Assembly (NCBI GenBank): GCA_963802295.1
Contig: CAWDIM010000005.1
Coordinates: 93,780-157,779, forward strand
Length of the DNA: 64,000 nt
DNA from: an uncultured Planctomycetota bacterium
GTDB taxonomy: Bacteria; Planctomycetota; Planctomycetia; Pirellulales; Pirellulaceae
Reading direction: 5' to 3'
Within the stretch, counting starts at the first letter, position 1. Each line of letters starts with the position of its first letter. Below, piece by piece: positions 40,592 to 50,439 of the stretch. A model generated the notes under the pieces. The model was given only the letters and a program-made list of their open reading frames with translations. It was not told the origin of the DNA and did not search any database. The translations under genes were made by a program, and so were the position numbers.

Positions 40592-41641
40592 AACTGATCG
40601 GCGAACTTGTAGATGTCATCAAGCGAATCGAGGGGATGCCGCGTACAGTTCTTCTCGGCATCAAAGAGCCCGATGCACTTTTGCCCCTGGTTGAAAAACA
40701 GTCTGCAGATCGGTTTCCGGTTGTTGTCGTCGAGCAGAACACCGCAGTAGGTCTGCGTGTCTCGCATGACGACGCGGCCGGATGCGACCACCGACCGGAC
40801 TATCGACTTGACGATGTGGAAACCCTCCAGTTCTTCCAGCGTCGTCTCGACTAGCTTACCCTTGTCTTCGACAGTTCCTGCCGCGGCCTGCTCGGTGACT
40901 TCGGAAGTCGCTGTCGGAGCAGGCTCTCGGTCGAGCGCCGACTGCAGCCTCATCTTTACGCGATCATTCAGAAACTCGGCGCACGCCTTCTTCACCAATT
41001 CACCGAACTGATCACGCACAGCCTGCGTCATGCGACCTGAATAGACTCGCATGGTCAGCATGCGAACGAATTCCTCAGACGGGTTGACCCACTCGTCGGC
41101 CAGTACTCCTTTGATCCCCTTTGTGTACTTCAATTCACTGGCAGTCGACAGGATGTTGTCGAGGTCGAACGTCTCCTTGGCGAATTTCTTCAGCTCATCG
41201 ACAATGCCGTCCGTCAGTGACGCGCATGTCGACTTCGAGAAACGGTCGAGCATCCATCTTGTTCGGCGATTCGAGATCCGAGAAGAAGCGATAGTGGATG
41301 CCGTTGGTGAGCACGCCGAAACGCGCGTCGGTCACGGAGAAGTAGCGATACAGTTGGGAGCAATGAGCGGTGTCTAGGTTACAGGTTGCCGTCTTTGCTT
41401 CGATGAGGATGACAGGTTTACCTTCTCGCATGATGACGTAGTCGACCTTTTCTCCCTTCTTTGTGCCGACATCCGCTGTGAATTCCGGGATGACTTCGGT
41501 GGGGTCGAACACGTTGTAGCCCAGCGCGCTGATGAATGGCATGACCAGGGCGTGTTTCGTTGCCTCCTCCGTCTGCAAGTGATCCACGATCTTGGTCATT
41601 CGCGTCGACAGTTCCCTCAGTCGGTCGATCAGGTCCATCAT
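40534..41641 (-). pseudogene. Stand-alone type I restriction enzyme HsdR N-terminal (PD-(D/E)XK-like) domain protein, one frame break
   Basis: ORF 41195..41740 (likely start MMDLIDRL at 41641) carries TEEATKHALVMPFISALGYNVFDPTEVIPEFTADVGTKKGEKVDYVIMREGKPVILIEAK...QLYRYFSVTDARFGVLTNGIHYRFFSDL...PFLEVDM. ORF 40534..41253 continues SLTDGIVDELKKFAKETFDLDNIL.... The break lies near 41215-41235. Confidence 0.7.
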
Positions 41642-41954
41642 CTCTCTCCTGCCTGTGCACTGTATTGGGACGGAAATAGACCGATCCAGTCTCGCAAAAG
41701 TGGTTTCATAGGACAACACGCCGCGACACATTTTCGACATGAGCAGCCAACTGCCGGCGAGGTGGAATCCGGTCGAGCCTGCCCGCTCCCAAGACTACCA
41801 AGTCTTGCCGCAGTGTCATCTCCCACTCTCCCGTGCCTTCACACTCGTGCATCTCTCGGGGGGTGATGATTGCTTTCGGTATTGGGCGGGGCGCATGATG
41901 GTGGTCGGCTAGGTTGGTGTGACGCGGTGCGGTCCACTAGCTGAGAGGTGAGCC

Positions 41955-43070
41955 ATGAGACGGTTGCTTGTTGGGTTGGCGGCGGTTGTTCTGTTGGTCT
42001 TTGGAGTGGGTCAGGCGGTTGGGGCTTACACGTACACCTTCACCGACCTAGGAAACTTCGGCGGCCTGAGCCGTGACGCATACGGGATCAATGCCAGTGG
42101 GCAGGTTGTGGGTGCTGCATCTGACTCGTCGGGAGCCGCGCCGTGCTTTCCTCTACAGCGATGGGGTGATGACCGATTTGGGCGTGCTTCCCGGCCAGTT
42201 GTACAATTCGGCACGCGGGATCAATGCAAGTGGACAGGTCGTGGGACACTCCTACTCAAACAGCGGCGGCCACGCCTTCCTCTACAGCAACGGGGGGATG
42301 TTAGACTTGGGTACGCTGCCCGGCAGTCCGGACAACTCGCAGAGTTCGGCATACGACATAAACGACAGCGGGCAGGTGGTTGGGGTTAGTACGAAAGACG
42401 ACAGCGACAGCCACGCTTTCCTCTACAGCAACGGGGCGATGGCTGACTTGGGCGTGCTTCCCGGCGGTCGGGATAGTGCGGCGAACGGTATCAACGCCAG
42501 CGGACAGGTGGTGGGTGCTCCGGCACAAACAGCGGCAGCCACGCTTTCCTCTACAGCAACGGGGCGATGGCTGACTTGGGCGTGCTTCTCGGCGGTCGGA
42601 GTAGTGAGGCGTACGACATCAATGACGGCGGGCAGGTGGTCGGGTACTCCTTCGTAGCAAGCAGCGACTACGTCCACGCCTTTCTCTTTAATAATGGAGC
42701 AATGGCTGACTTGGGTACACTTCCTGGCGGCCTGAGCAGTGAGGCATTCGGCATCAACGCTGGCGGACAGGTTGTGGGGTACTCGCGAGTAGCAAGCGGC
42801 GACGAGCACGCCTTCCTCTACAGCAATGGGGAGATGGTGGACCTGAACAACCTGATTGATCCTGCACTCGGGGTCACGCTGGTACAAGCAAGGGACATCA
42901 ACGATTCCGGGCAAATTGTTGGATCTGGCAAGTACGCGAATGGGCTAGAAGTCGCCTTTCTCCTCACCCCCACCGTCGTCCCCGAACCCGGTTCTGTCGC
43001 TGTCTGGTCAATCCTCACTATCGTCGGCATCGCAATGATTCGCAGGCGACGGCGGACACAGGCAGCTTAG
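41955..43070 (+). pseudogene. HAF-repeat extracellular protein with PEP-CTERM anchor, two frame breaks
   Basis: ORFs 41955.., 42073.. and 42567..43070 together give a signal peptide (MRRLLVGLAAVVLLVFGVGQA), about 7 repeats of GINASGQVVG...HAFLYSNGxMxDLGxLPGG, and the C-terminal PTVVPEPGSVAVWSILTIVGIAMIRRRRR. The breaks lie near 42131-42145 and 42511-42525. Confidence 0.75.
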
Positions 43071-43351
43071 CCAACCAATACAATGACACCAAGAGCCACT
43101 CATTGCGGGTGGCCATTTTTGTTGGCGGACCGCATAGCTTCGCGGGCTAACACGGTGCGACTCCAGGTTGTCAAAGATCGAATCACGTTGCGCCAGTTGG
43201 CTCGATCTGTTCGGAGGCGGTACACTAACGGTATCGGGACGGCTGACCGGGTTGCAAACCGACGGCCAAGCGGTCCCTGGCGCGAATGCTGCGTCTCGCC
43301 TTTTCGCATCGTCGCGCTGGGGATCGGCCCGACCTACGAAAAGGCGAAATC

Positions 43352-43930
43352 ATGAGCGATGCCCGCAAACACGACTCTTCGCAACGTCAAGAGTTGGCTT
43401 GGCTGCTGGACGAGGCCGACTTGGCCGTTCAATCTTGGTGGCAGGGCGAGGCTGTGCTATGGCCGGACGTATTGACCAAGCTCGTTTCGAGGCTCCGGCT
43501 GTGCGGCTTCGACCTGGAAGCTGAGGGCATCGCGAGCGACGTTCAGGCTACGCCGAAAATTGGACGGCGGGGTTGCCGGAACCACAGCGACCTGATGCAG
43601 CTTCGACGGGCAGTTGTGGATCGGGTGCGGAAGCGGATTGTCGCTATTCGGAACGTGACGGAGAAGCCACGCAAACGAAAACGGCAGGCGATGAAAGCGA
43701 GCCCCCTCACGGCAAAGCAGACCGAAGCGGTGCAGGTGGTGGGCGAGTGTAAGGGCAGCTTCGCGGAAGCTGGGCGGCGGTTGGGGGTGGACCGAAAAAC
43801 GGTCCAGCAGCACTACCAAGCGGCAATGAAGAAGCTGGGAAAGTCGGCCGTCAAGCACGCAACCCAATCTCTGCCGAGCGACCGACGGGGGCAGGCGGAC
43901 CTTTCTGCCGACGATGACCGGCGACGATGA
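43352..43930 (+). CDS. Island regulator with C-terminal LuxR/sigma-70 region-4-type HTH
   Basis: The ATG is at 43352 (MSDARKH). The HTH segment is LTAKQTEAVQVVGECKGSFAEAGRRLGVDRKTVQQHYQAAMKKLG. Confidence 0.6.
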   Translation: MSDARKHDSSQRQELAWLLDEADLAVQSWWQGEAVLWPDVLTKLVSRLRLCGFDLEAEGIASDVQATPKIGRRGCRNHSDLMQLRRAVVDRVRKRIVAIRNVTEKPRKRKRQAMKASPLTAKQTEAVQVVGECKGSFAEAGRRLGVDRKTVQQHYQAAMKKLGKSAVKHATQSLPSDRRGQADLSADDDRRR

Positions 43931-44264
43931 CCGCGGGGTATCTCAGGGGTATGTTTCGGGGTAGTTTTGCAGTTTTCTTGGATTCTCGTTTGACCCCGTA
44001 ATTTCCCGAGTGCTTTCCACTTCTCAGGGGTATCGTTGCGCGGAAGATACCCCGATTCCCGGTTTGGTTGCGGCGTGTTTCGCAACCAACACCGGAGATC
44101 GAATCATGGCAAAGCACAAGTTGACGCGCGAGACGAGGAGCGGGCCTATGCCGATCTGGCACGGGCGGCCCGGCGACTGAGGGCGGTCCAGGCCACGGCG
44201 ACCAAGCGGCCGGCCAAGAAACCCAAGACCTCCAAGCGGCCGGCAAGCCGGAAGGGGGTGGCCG

Positions 44265-44531
44265 ATGGCGTCTAGCACCCCCACGACATCGCCCCAGGAC
44301 TTGCCCACGGCCGATGGCATCCAGGCTGAGCTGTTGACCTGCAAGGAAGCTGCCCAGTTGGCCGGAGTTGGCGAAAGAACCTGGTGGTCTTGGACCCGAA
44401 GCGGACTTGCCCCAAAGCCTATTTTCATTGGGCACGGCACGCGGCCAGCCTGCAGATACAGGCGGTCGGAAATCATGTCTTGGATTCAAGACGGTTGCCC
44501 CAGAGTAGACAAGGGGGACAACCAGCGATGA
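44265..44531 (+). CDS. AlpA/excisionase-family HTH DNA-binding protein
   Basis: 88-aa ORF. LLTCKEAAQLAGVGERTWWSWTRSGLAPKPIFIG...RYRRSEIMSWIQDG fits the excisionase/HTH_17 pattern. Its stop overlaps the next start (ATGA at 44528). Confidence 0.7.
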   Translation: MASSTPTTSPQDLPTADGIQAELLTCKEAAQLAGVGERTWWSWTRSGLAPKPIFIGHGTRPACRYRRSEIMSWIQDGCPRVDKGDNQR

Positions 44532-47338
44532 CACGACACGTGACGGAACGCAACGGATGGCAGGAAGTGACGGCGGCCGAACCCTGCCCGATATGCGCGA
44601 AGCCCGATTGGTGCCGACGTTCTCCGGATGGAACGAAGATAGCCTGCAGGCGAGAGGCACGCGGGGCGGTCAAGACCAAGCGATACAGGGACGGCAGCGA
44701 AGCGTACATACACGACCTGCAGCCTGACCGGCCCCAGGACGCCAACGGCAAGCCCAAGGCGAAGCGACAGCGAAAGACAAGCGGGGCGACGCCCACGGCA
44801 TCGGATGGCCCGATGCTGCGGGACTCGGCCACACCCTCGGACAGCGGCCAAGATACGATGGCCAAACGCGACGCGGGTTATCGTTGTCTGCTGGCCAAAC
44901 TGATCCTGTCCCCTGACCATCGCGACAACCTGAAGCATCGCGGGTTGTCCGATACGGACATCGACGGCGGCGGATACAGAACGTTGCCAGCCGCGGGACG
45001 GGCAACGTTCGTTAAGCGGGTGGCGGCGGAGCTGGGGCAGGACTTTGCAACGGTGCCCGGTTTCGTGATGGGGGAACGCGGCCCACGTATCGCAGCCCCT
45101 CCGGGGTTGCTTGTCCCGGTCCGTGACTTGGCGGGGCAGATTGTGGCGTTGAAGCTGCGGGCGGACAATCCGAGCGGTGACCACGGAAAATATCTTTATC
45201 TGAGTTCTGCCAAGTATGGTGGCCCAAGCCCCGGAAGCCCTGCCCATGTTCCGGCGGGTGTCTGTGGTCCGGCTGACTTAGCACGTATCACCGAAGGCGA
45301 ATTAAAGGCCGACGTGGCCTATCGGTTGTCCGGTGTGCCAACGTTGTCTTTCCCCGGTGTTGCATCCTGGCGGGTTGTGTTGCCCGTGTTGCAGGCCCTG
45401 CAGGCCAAAACGATTCGCGTTGCATTCGATGCGGACGCGGGGACAAACAAGCACGTTGCCAAGGCCCTACGCGATTGCTGCCAAGACCTGCAGGCGGCCG
45501 GTTTCGGTGTCGAGTTGGAACGGTGGCCCCAGGACGCCGGCAAAGGTGTTGACGACGTTTTGCAGGTGGGGCGGGCGGCGGACATCGAAATCTTGGCGGG
45601 CCCGGCGGCCCTGGCAGCGGCCGAAGAAATCGCCAAGGCGGCCGGTGTCAGTGATGACGACGGCGACGCGGACGAAGAAAAGGCCGAACGCAAGAGCCAA
45701 TCGACGCTGCTTGTCGAGTTGGCGGCGGTGGCTGAGTTGTGGCACACATCGGGGCAGGGCGACGCCTACGCGACGCTACCCGTTGCGAACCATCGGGAAC
45801 ACTGGCCCATTCGCAGCCGGACGTTCCGGCGGTGGCTTGGCCGGCAGTTTTTCGAGCAACACGGCAAGGCCCCCGGTTCGCAGGCCCTGCAGGATGCTAT
45901 GACCGTTCTCGAAGGGCAGGCGATTTTCGACGGCCCCGAATTCCCCGTTTTCGTCCGTGTTGCTGGCGATGGCGACAAGCTGTATCTGGACCTGGCTAAC
46001 GAGACGTGGCAGGTGGTGGAAATCGACGCGGACGGCTGGCGGATTCTGGACGCGGCCCCGGTTCGGTTTCGACGTGCCAGGGCCATGATGCCCCTGCCTA
46101 CGCCCACGGCCGGCGGCGACATTGGGGAACTGCAGCGGTTTGTCAACGTGACGCCCGACGATTGGCCCCTACTGCTTGGCTGGCTGGTGGCTGCATTCCG
46201 AGCGACCGGCCCCTATCCGGTTCTCGCCTTGCACGGTGAACAGGGTTCGGCCAAGAGCACCACGGCCCGGACGCTGCGAAACATCTTGGACCCGAACGCG
46301 GCCCCGTTGCGCTGCGAACCGCGGGAACCACGGGACTTAATGATTGCGGCCAACAATGGTTGGGTTATCGCCCTCGACAACCTCTCTTTTGTACCTGTCT
46401 GGTTGTCCGACGCCTTGTGTCGGTTGGCCACAGGCGGCGGCTTCGCCACGCGAACGCTGTACGAGAACGACGAAGAGACCATTTTCGATTCGATGCGGCC
46501 GGCAATCTTGACCGGCATTGAAGAGCTGGCCAACCGTTCCGACCTGCTTGACCGTTCCCTGATTCTGCAGTTGCCCAGGATACCCGACGCCAACCGACGA
46601 ACTGAGGCGGAACACTGGCGAGAGTTCCGGCAGGCCCACGGGCGGATACTCGGGGCGGTGCTTGACGCGGTATCGGCAGCGGTTCGCAGCCTGCCCACAA
46701 CGCATATCGAGCGACTGCCACGCATGGCGGACTTCGCGCTGTGGGCGACGGCGGCCGAAGCCGGACTTGGCTTGCAGCCCGACGAGTTTCTGACGGCCTA
46801 TCGTGGCAACCGTGACACGGCCAACGAAGCGGCCCTGGAATCAAGCCCGGTGGCCAAGCACATCTTGCAGGTGGCCGATGCTGGCGAGTGGCACGGCACG
46901 GCCGGCGAACTGCTGGAACACATCGAGTCGATGGCCAGCGACGGCGAGAAGCGGCTGAAAGCATGGCCCAAGAGCCCAGGGTCGTTATCGGGCATCCTGA
47001 AACGGCTTGCCCCGAACTTCCGGGCGGCCGGTGTCGAAATCGAGTTTGGCCACGAAGGACGCGGCCGGCAAAAGCGGCGGAACGTGACCATTAGAAAGAG
47101 TACGGATTCTTGCGTCCCCTGCGTCCCCAGCGTCCCCACCCCGGAAAAAGCCGTGTTTTGCGGGGACGGTGGGGACGCAAGTGGCCCGAGTGGGGACGCA
47201 AGACAGCCCGGCGGGGACGCTGCGGGGACGCAAACCACGGGTGACGTAAACCCAAGCGGGGCAACGGTGGGGACGCAAGGGGACGGTGGGGACGCAAAAT
47301 TGCATCCACATTCTGAAAGGGTGCGGGTGACGATATGA
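44528..47338 (+). CDS. Replication protein: N-terminal Cys-cluster, Toprim-like (DUF3854-type) primase domain and C-terminal P-loop NTPase
   Basis: The ORF runs 44384..47338; the ATG at 44528 (MTRHVTERNGW) is coupled to the excisionase stop. It has CPICAKPDWC, a Toprim-like E (RITEGELKADV) and DxD (RVAFDADAG), and the Walker-A-like LHGEQGSAKSTTAR followed by VIALDNLS. The 936-aa frame is intact. Confidence 0.8.
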   Translation: MTRHVTERNGWQEVTAAEPCPICAKPDWCRRSPDGTKIACRREARGAVKTKRYRDGSEAYIHDLQPDRPQDANGKPKAKRQRKTSGATPTASDGPMLRDSATPSDSGQDTMAKRDAGYRCLLAKLILSPDHRDNLKHRGLSDTDIDGGGYRTLPAAGRATFVKRVAAELGQDFATVPGFVMGERGPRIAAPPGLLVPVRDLAGQIVALKLRADNPSGDHGKYLYLSSAKYGGPSPGSPAHVPAGVCGPADLARITEGELKADVAYRLSGVPTLSFPGVASWRVVLPVLQALQAKTIRVAFDADAGTNKHVAKALRDCCQDLQAAGFGVELERWPQDAGKGVDDVLQVGRAADIEILAGPAALAAAEEIAKAAGVSDDDGDADEEKAERKSQSTLLVELAAVAELWHTSGQGDAYATLPVANHREHWPIRSRTFRRWLGRQFFEQHGKAPGSQALQDAMTVLEGQAIFDGPEFPVFVRVAGDGDKLYLDLANETWQVVEIDADGWRILDAAPVRFRRARAMMPLPTPTAGGDIGELQRFVNVTPDDWPLLLGWLVAAFRATGPYPVLALHGEQGSAKSTTARTLRNILDPNAAPLRCEPREPRDLMIAANNGWVIALDNLSFVPVWLSDALCRLATGGGFATRTLYENDEETIFDSMRPAILTGIEELANRSDLLDRSLILQLPRIPDANRRTEAEHWREFRQAHGRILGAVLDAVSAAVRSLPTTHIERLPRMADFALWATAAEAGLGLQPDEFLTAYRGNRDTANEAALESSPVAKHILQVADAGEWHGTAGELLEHIESMASDGEKRLKAWPKSPGSLSGILKRLAPNFRAAGVEIEFGHEGRGRQKRRNVTIRKSTDSCVPCVPSVPTPEKAVFCGDGGDASGPSGDARQPGGDAAGTQTTGDVNPSGATVGTQGDGGDAKLHPHSERVRVTI

Positions 47339-47947
47339 CAGCGGTCGAACTGCTGGCGGAATGCCAAGCCCGACAAATCGACCTGCTGGCCCACGGAGGG
47401 CAGTTGGACATCGACGCCCCGGCCGGTGCCCTGACGCCTGACCTATTGGACCGGCTGAAGGCCCACAAAGCCGACCTGCTGGCGATCCTGCGGGGCGATG
47501 CCGAGGCTCTGCAAGCCCAGCATGAAGCCGCAGCCGAGCGCGACGCGATAGTGTGGTGCGAGAGCGGGCCGGCGCACGAAGTGGATGCCGCGCTGTGGGC
47601 GGCGATTGACGGTTTCGGGGGGGCTCGAGCCGGTGGAGGTGGACGCCCACGGCGGCGCGGGGCAGGATCTGGCAGCGGCTGCAGCCCCACGCCCCCGGTC
47701 TGCGGTTCCCGTTGCGGTCGAGTGGCCCGGAGAGGCTGCGGACTTCTGCCTGTTGCTGACGGCCGATGACCTGCCCGAGGTGCCATTCCGGTTGAATGCT
47801 TGGACGGAGGTATGCGACGCGGCCAAGATGCTGCGGTGGCTGCAAGCGGACATCCGGCGCGGCCCCAGCGGACCACGGGCGTTCTACGCTGCCCTGCAAG
47901 CTGACCTACTGGCCCTGCAGCGGTTCGCCCTGCAGGTCCACGACTGA
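47335..47947 (+). pseudogene. Hypothetical island protein with TubC-N-like N-terminal docking motif, frame break in a G7 run
   Basis: The N-terminus is MTAVELLAECQARQIDLLAHGGQLDIDAPAGALTPDLLDRLKAHKADLLAIL. After ...AAIDGFGG the sensible continuation (LEPVEVDAHGGAGQDL...LQADIRRGPSGPRAFY) lies in ORF 47585..47947. The G7 run is at 47617-47623. The start is ATGA-coupled to the upstream stop. Confidence 0.55.
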
Positions 47948-48018
47948 GACAACTTTCGCCCACGGCAGCGGCCGGATGCTGCGGGCGGTTTACTTCCTTC
48001 CGGCCGATAGGTGATGAA

Positions 48019-48409
48019 ATGAACAAGACCAACACGCCGATTTTCGATGCGGTTTTATCGCATCTACGGGCGACGGGCGAACTGCCGAACTTTGGCGGCC
48101 CGGTTGAAGCACGGCTTAGCCTGATGCTGCATTCCGGCGGCGGGGTCGCGAGCCCGGACGTTTTCGAGCTGTCTTGGGCGAATGAATCGCTGTCGATTAT
48201 CGGCATCGACCCGGCGATTGCTGACGTCTTGGCGCGTACAGACCACGCCGGAAGACGCGCCCCAGGTGGAAGAAACCATCTACCAAGAAGGTGCGGTGGT
48301 CGAGTTTCTGCTGCTGCTGACGGCACACTGGCACGCAGAATCGACGCAGACGGGGCAACGCGACCACAACGTATCGAACTCCGGCCCGGTGCGTCAGAAC
48401 GCATCCTAG
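48019..48409 (+). pseudogene. Hypothetical island gene, probably frame-broken
   Basis: ORF 48019.. reads plausibly to ...IADVLARTDH. ORF 48182..48409 gives the plausible tail PEDAPQVEETIYQEGAVVEFLLLLTAHWHAE.... No family was recognised. Confidence 0.3.
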
Positions 48410-48557
48410 GCGATGTTCCGCGAAACAGCGGGAAAAGGCGAGAACTGGCGACGGTCCCCACGGGGAAGAATAACGAGAATAGGATGCTTGACCGCTAGCC
48501 CAGTATCCGATAGACTTACACTAGGTTAGCAGACAAGTAAAGCAATGGGGCCAGACA

Positions 48558-48783
48558 ATGGCGAGAAAACGCAGAGAACCGAAGTTGCTGAGCGATCAGT
48601 TGCGGGAGATCCTGGACAGCGGCCCGATGACTCGATACCGGCTGTCCATAAGAGGCGGGAGTAGACCAAGGGCAGCTAAGCCGGTTTGTTCTCGGCAAAG
48701 GGCAGATGACATTCAACACGCTGGATCGCATCGGGCAGGTACTCAAGTTGCGGCTGGTTGTGGAGTCGGACCGGGACGCATGA
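48558..48783 (+). pseudogene. Small HTH (XRE-like) regulator, one frame break
   Basis: MARKRREPKLLSDQLREILDSGPMTRYRLSI is followed, in another frame, by EAGVDQGQLSRFVLGKGQMTFNTLDRIGQVLKLRLVVESDRDA*. The break lies at ataagag, 48645-48655. Confidence 0.5.
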
Positions 48784-48835
48784 TTGTCAGTTGACCACGG
48801 GCGGGCAGGCCCTCGGAAGAAAGGCAGGCGAGACG

Positions 48836-50428
48836 ATGGCAACGGTTTACAAACGGCGAGAACTGCGGCCGATTCCTGACGGGGCGGAGACCATCGGCAC
48901 GTATCGCGGCAAGCCCTACGCGACCTGGACGGACGCCAAGGGCAAGGCCCAGCGGGCGCCCTGAGCGCGGACGGCAAGCATATCATCCAGTTGGCGACGT
49001 GCTACACGGCCCAGTATTTCGATGAGACCGGGAAGCGACGCAAGGCCCCCACGGGATGCCAAGACAAGGCCGAAGCTCTGCGATACGCGAACCATCTGGA
49101 AAACCAAGCCCGGAAACGGCGGACGGGCGAAATCGACGTGAAGGCCGAACGCTACGGGAAGGAAGCCCGGCGGCCCCTGTTGGAGCACGTTGCGGACTTC
49201 AAGCAGTATCTTGCGGACAAGGGCAACACCGCACAACACGTTTCCCAGACAACCCGACAGATACAGGCAATCATCGACCAGACCAACGCGGAACATGTCG
49301 CGGACTTGGACGGGGCAACAGTGATGCGGGCGATCGGCACACTGCGGGAACGCAAGGACAACCCGGCAAGTCTGCGGACCTGCAATTCCTACATGCGATC
49401 CGTCAAGACGTTTACCCGGTGGCTGCGGGTAGAGAAGCGGACTGCCGAAGATGCCTTGGCGGGGTTGTCGCAATTCAACGAAGCAACCGACCGGCGGCAT
49501 ACGCGGCGAGAACTGACGCCCGAGGAATTGACCTACCTGCTGCAGCACGTCGAAAACGCTGTCGGTGAGAACTACCGGCTATCCGGACCCGTGCGGGCTA
49601 TGGCCTATCGCGTGGCCCTCGGGACGGGATTTCGGGCTAAGGAACTTCGGTCGTTGACCCCGGCATCATTCAACCTGGACGGCGATCCGCCCACGGTGAC
49701 AGTGGCCGCGGCCTACTCGAAGCGGCGGCGGCTGGACGCGCAGCCGATCCGACCCGACTTGGCCGAGGTGTTGCGGCCCTGGCTGCCGGAGTTCCCGCGG
49801 GACGAACAAGTATTTCGGCTGCCCCACAACACGTCGAAGATGTTTCAACGCGATTTGGCAGCGGCCCGAGCGGCCTGGATCGACGAAGCAACGATCGGAC
49901 GAGGAACGCCAGCGCCGGGAGAAATCTGACTTCCTGCGTTACCGGAACGCGGCGGGTGACGTGGCGGACTTCCACTGCCAGCGGCATACCTACATTTCCG
50001 GCATCGTGGCAGGCGGGGCGAGTGTCAAGACGGCCCAAGAGCTGGCCCGGCATTCCACGCCGGTTCTAACCATCGGCCGATACTCCCACGCCCGGTTACA
50101 CGACCTGCAAGGTGCCTTGGATGCCCTGCCTGACCTGCAGCCCCAGGACCCGACGCCCCAAACGACGGCCTACGCGATGGCGACGGGGACCGACGGTGAA
50201 ACGGCCGAAGTTTCGCGGGGGCAGATGCGGGGGCAGTACGGACGCAAAACGCTGCAAGAAGTTGCGAATTGTGGCGAACGGCCCGAAGATTGCGAGGGCG
50301 ACGGCGACACGCCACAAGTCTTGTCTATGGCAAGACTTCGCGATACGTCGCGAGACACTGCGGCAGTGGTCAGGGGCGGGGTCGAACCGCCGACACTCGG
50401 ATTTTCAGTCCGATGCTCTACCAACTGA
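48836..50428 (+). pseudogene. Tyrosine recombinase/integrase of the island, two frame breaks
   Basis: The gene is read as three pieces. The first is the ATG at 48836 (MATVYKRRELRPIPDG...AQRAP). The second is ORF 48991..49929 (LATCYTAQYFDETGKRR...GTGFRAKELRSL...). The third is ORF 49961..50428 (DFHCQRHTYISGIVAGG...LTIGRYSHARL). The breaks lie at the ccc run 48959-48961 and near 49881-49895. The 3' end runs into the tRNA. Confidence 0.85.
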
Positions 50429-50435
50429 GCTACCT
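50361..50435. repeat. Right 75-bp direct repeat (attR-like) of the tRNA-Phe island
   Basis: The sequence is identical to 36552..36626. Confidence 0.9.
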
Positions 50436-50439
50436 GACC
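50367..50439 (-). tRNA. tRNA-Phe (anticodon GAA)
   Basis: The reverse complement is GGTCAGGTAGCTCAGTTGGTAGAGCATCGGACTGAAAATCCGAGTGTCGGCGGTTCGACCCCGCCCCTGACCA. The 7-bp acceptor, D, anticodon (loop CTGAAAA) and T arms (GGTTCGA) all pair. It is 73 nt long and no CCA is encoded. Confidence 0.93.

Larger units (their letters stand above)
36627..50360. mobile_element. 13.7-kb integrative genomic island inserted in tRNA-Phe
   Basis: It is bounded by the 75-bp perfect direct repeat. A tyrosine integrase sits next to the intact tRNA, with an AlpA-like excisionase, a Toprim/P-loop replication gene and HTH regulators. The cargo block (about 37.9-43.1 kb) is visibly more AT-rich. Confidence 0.85.
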
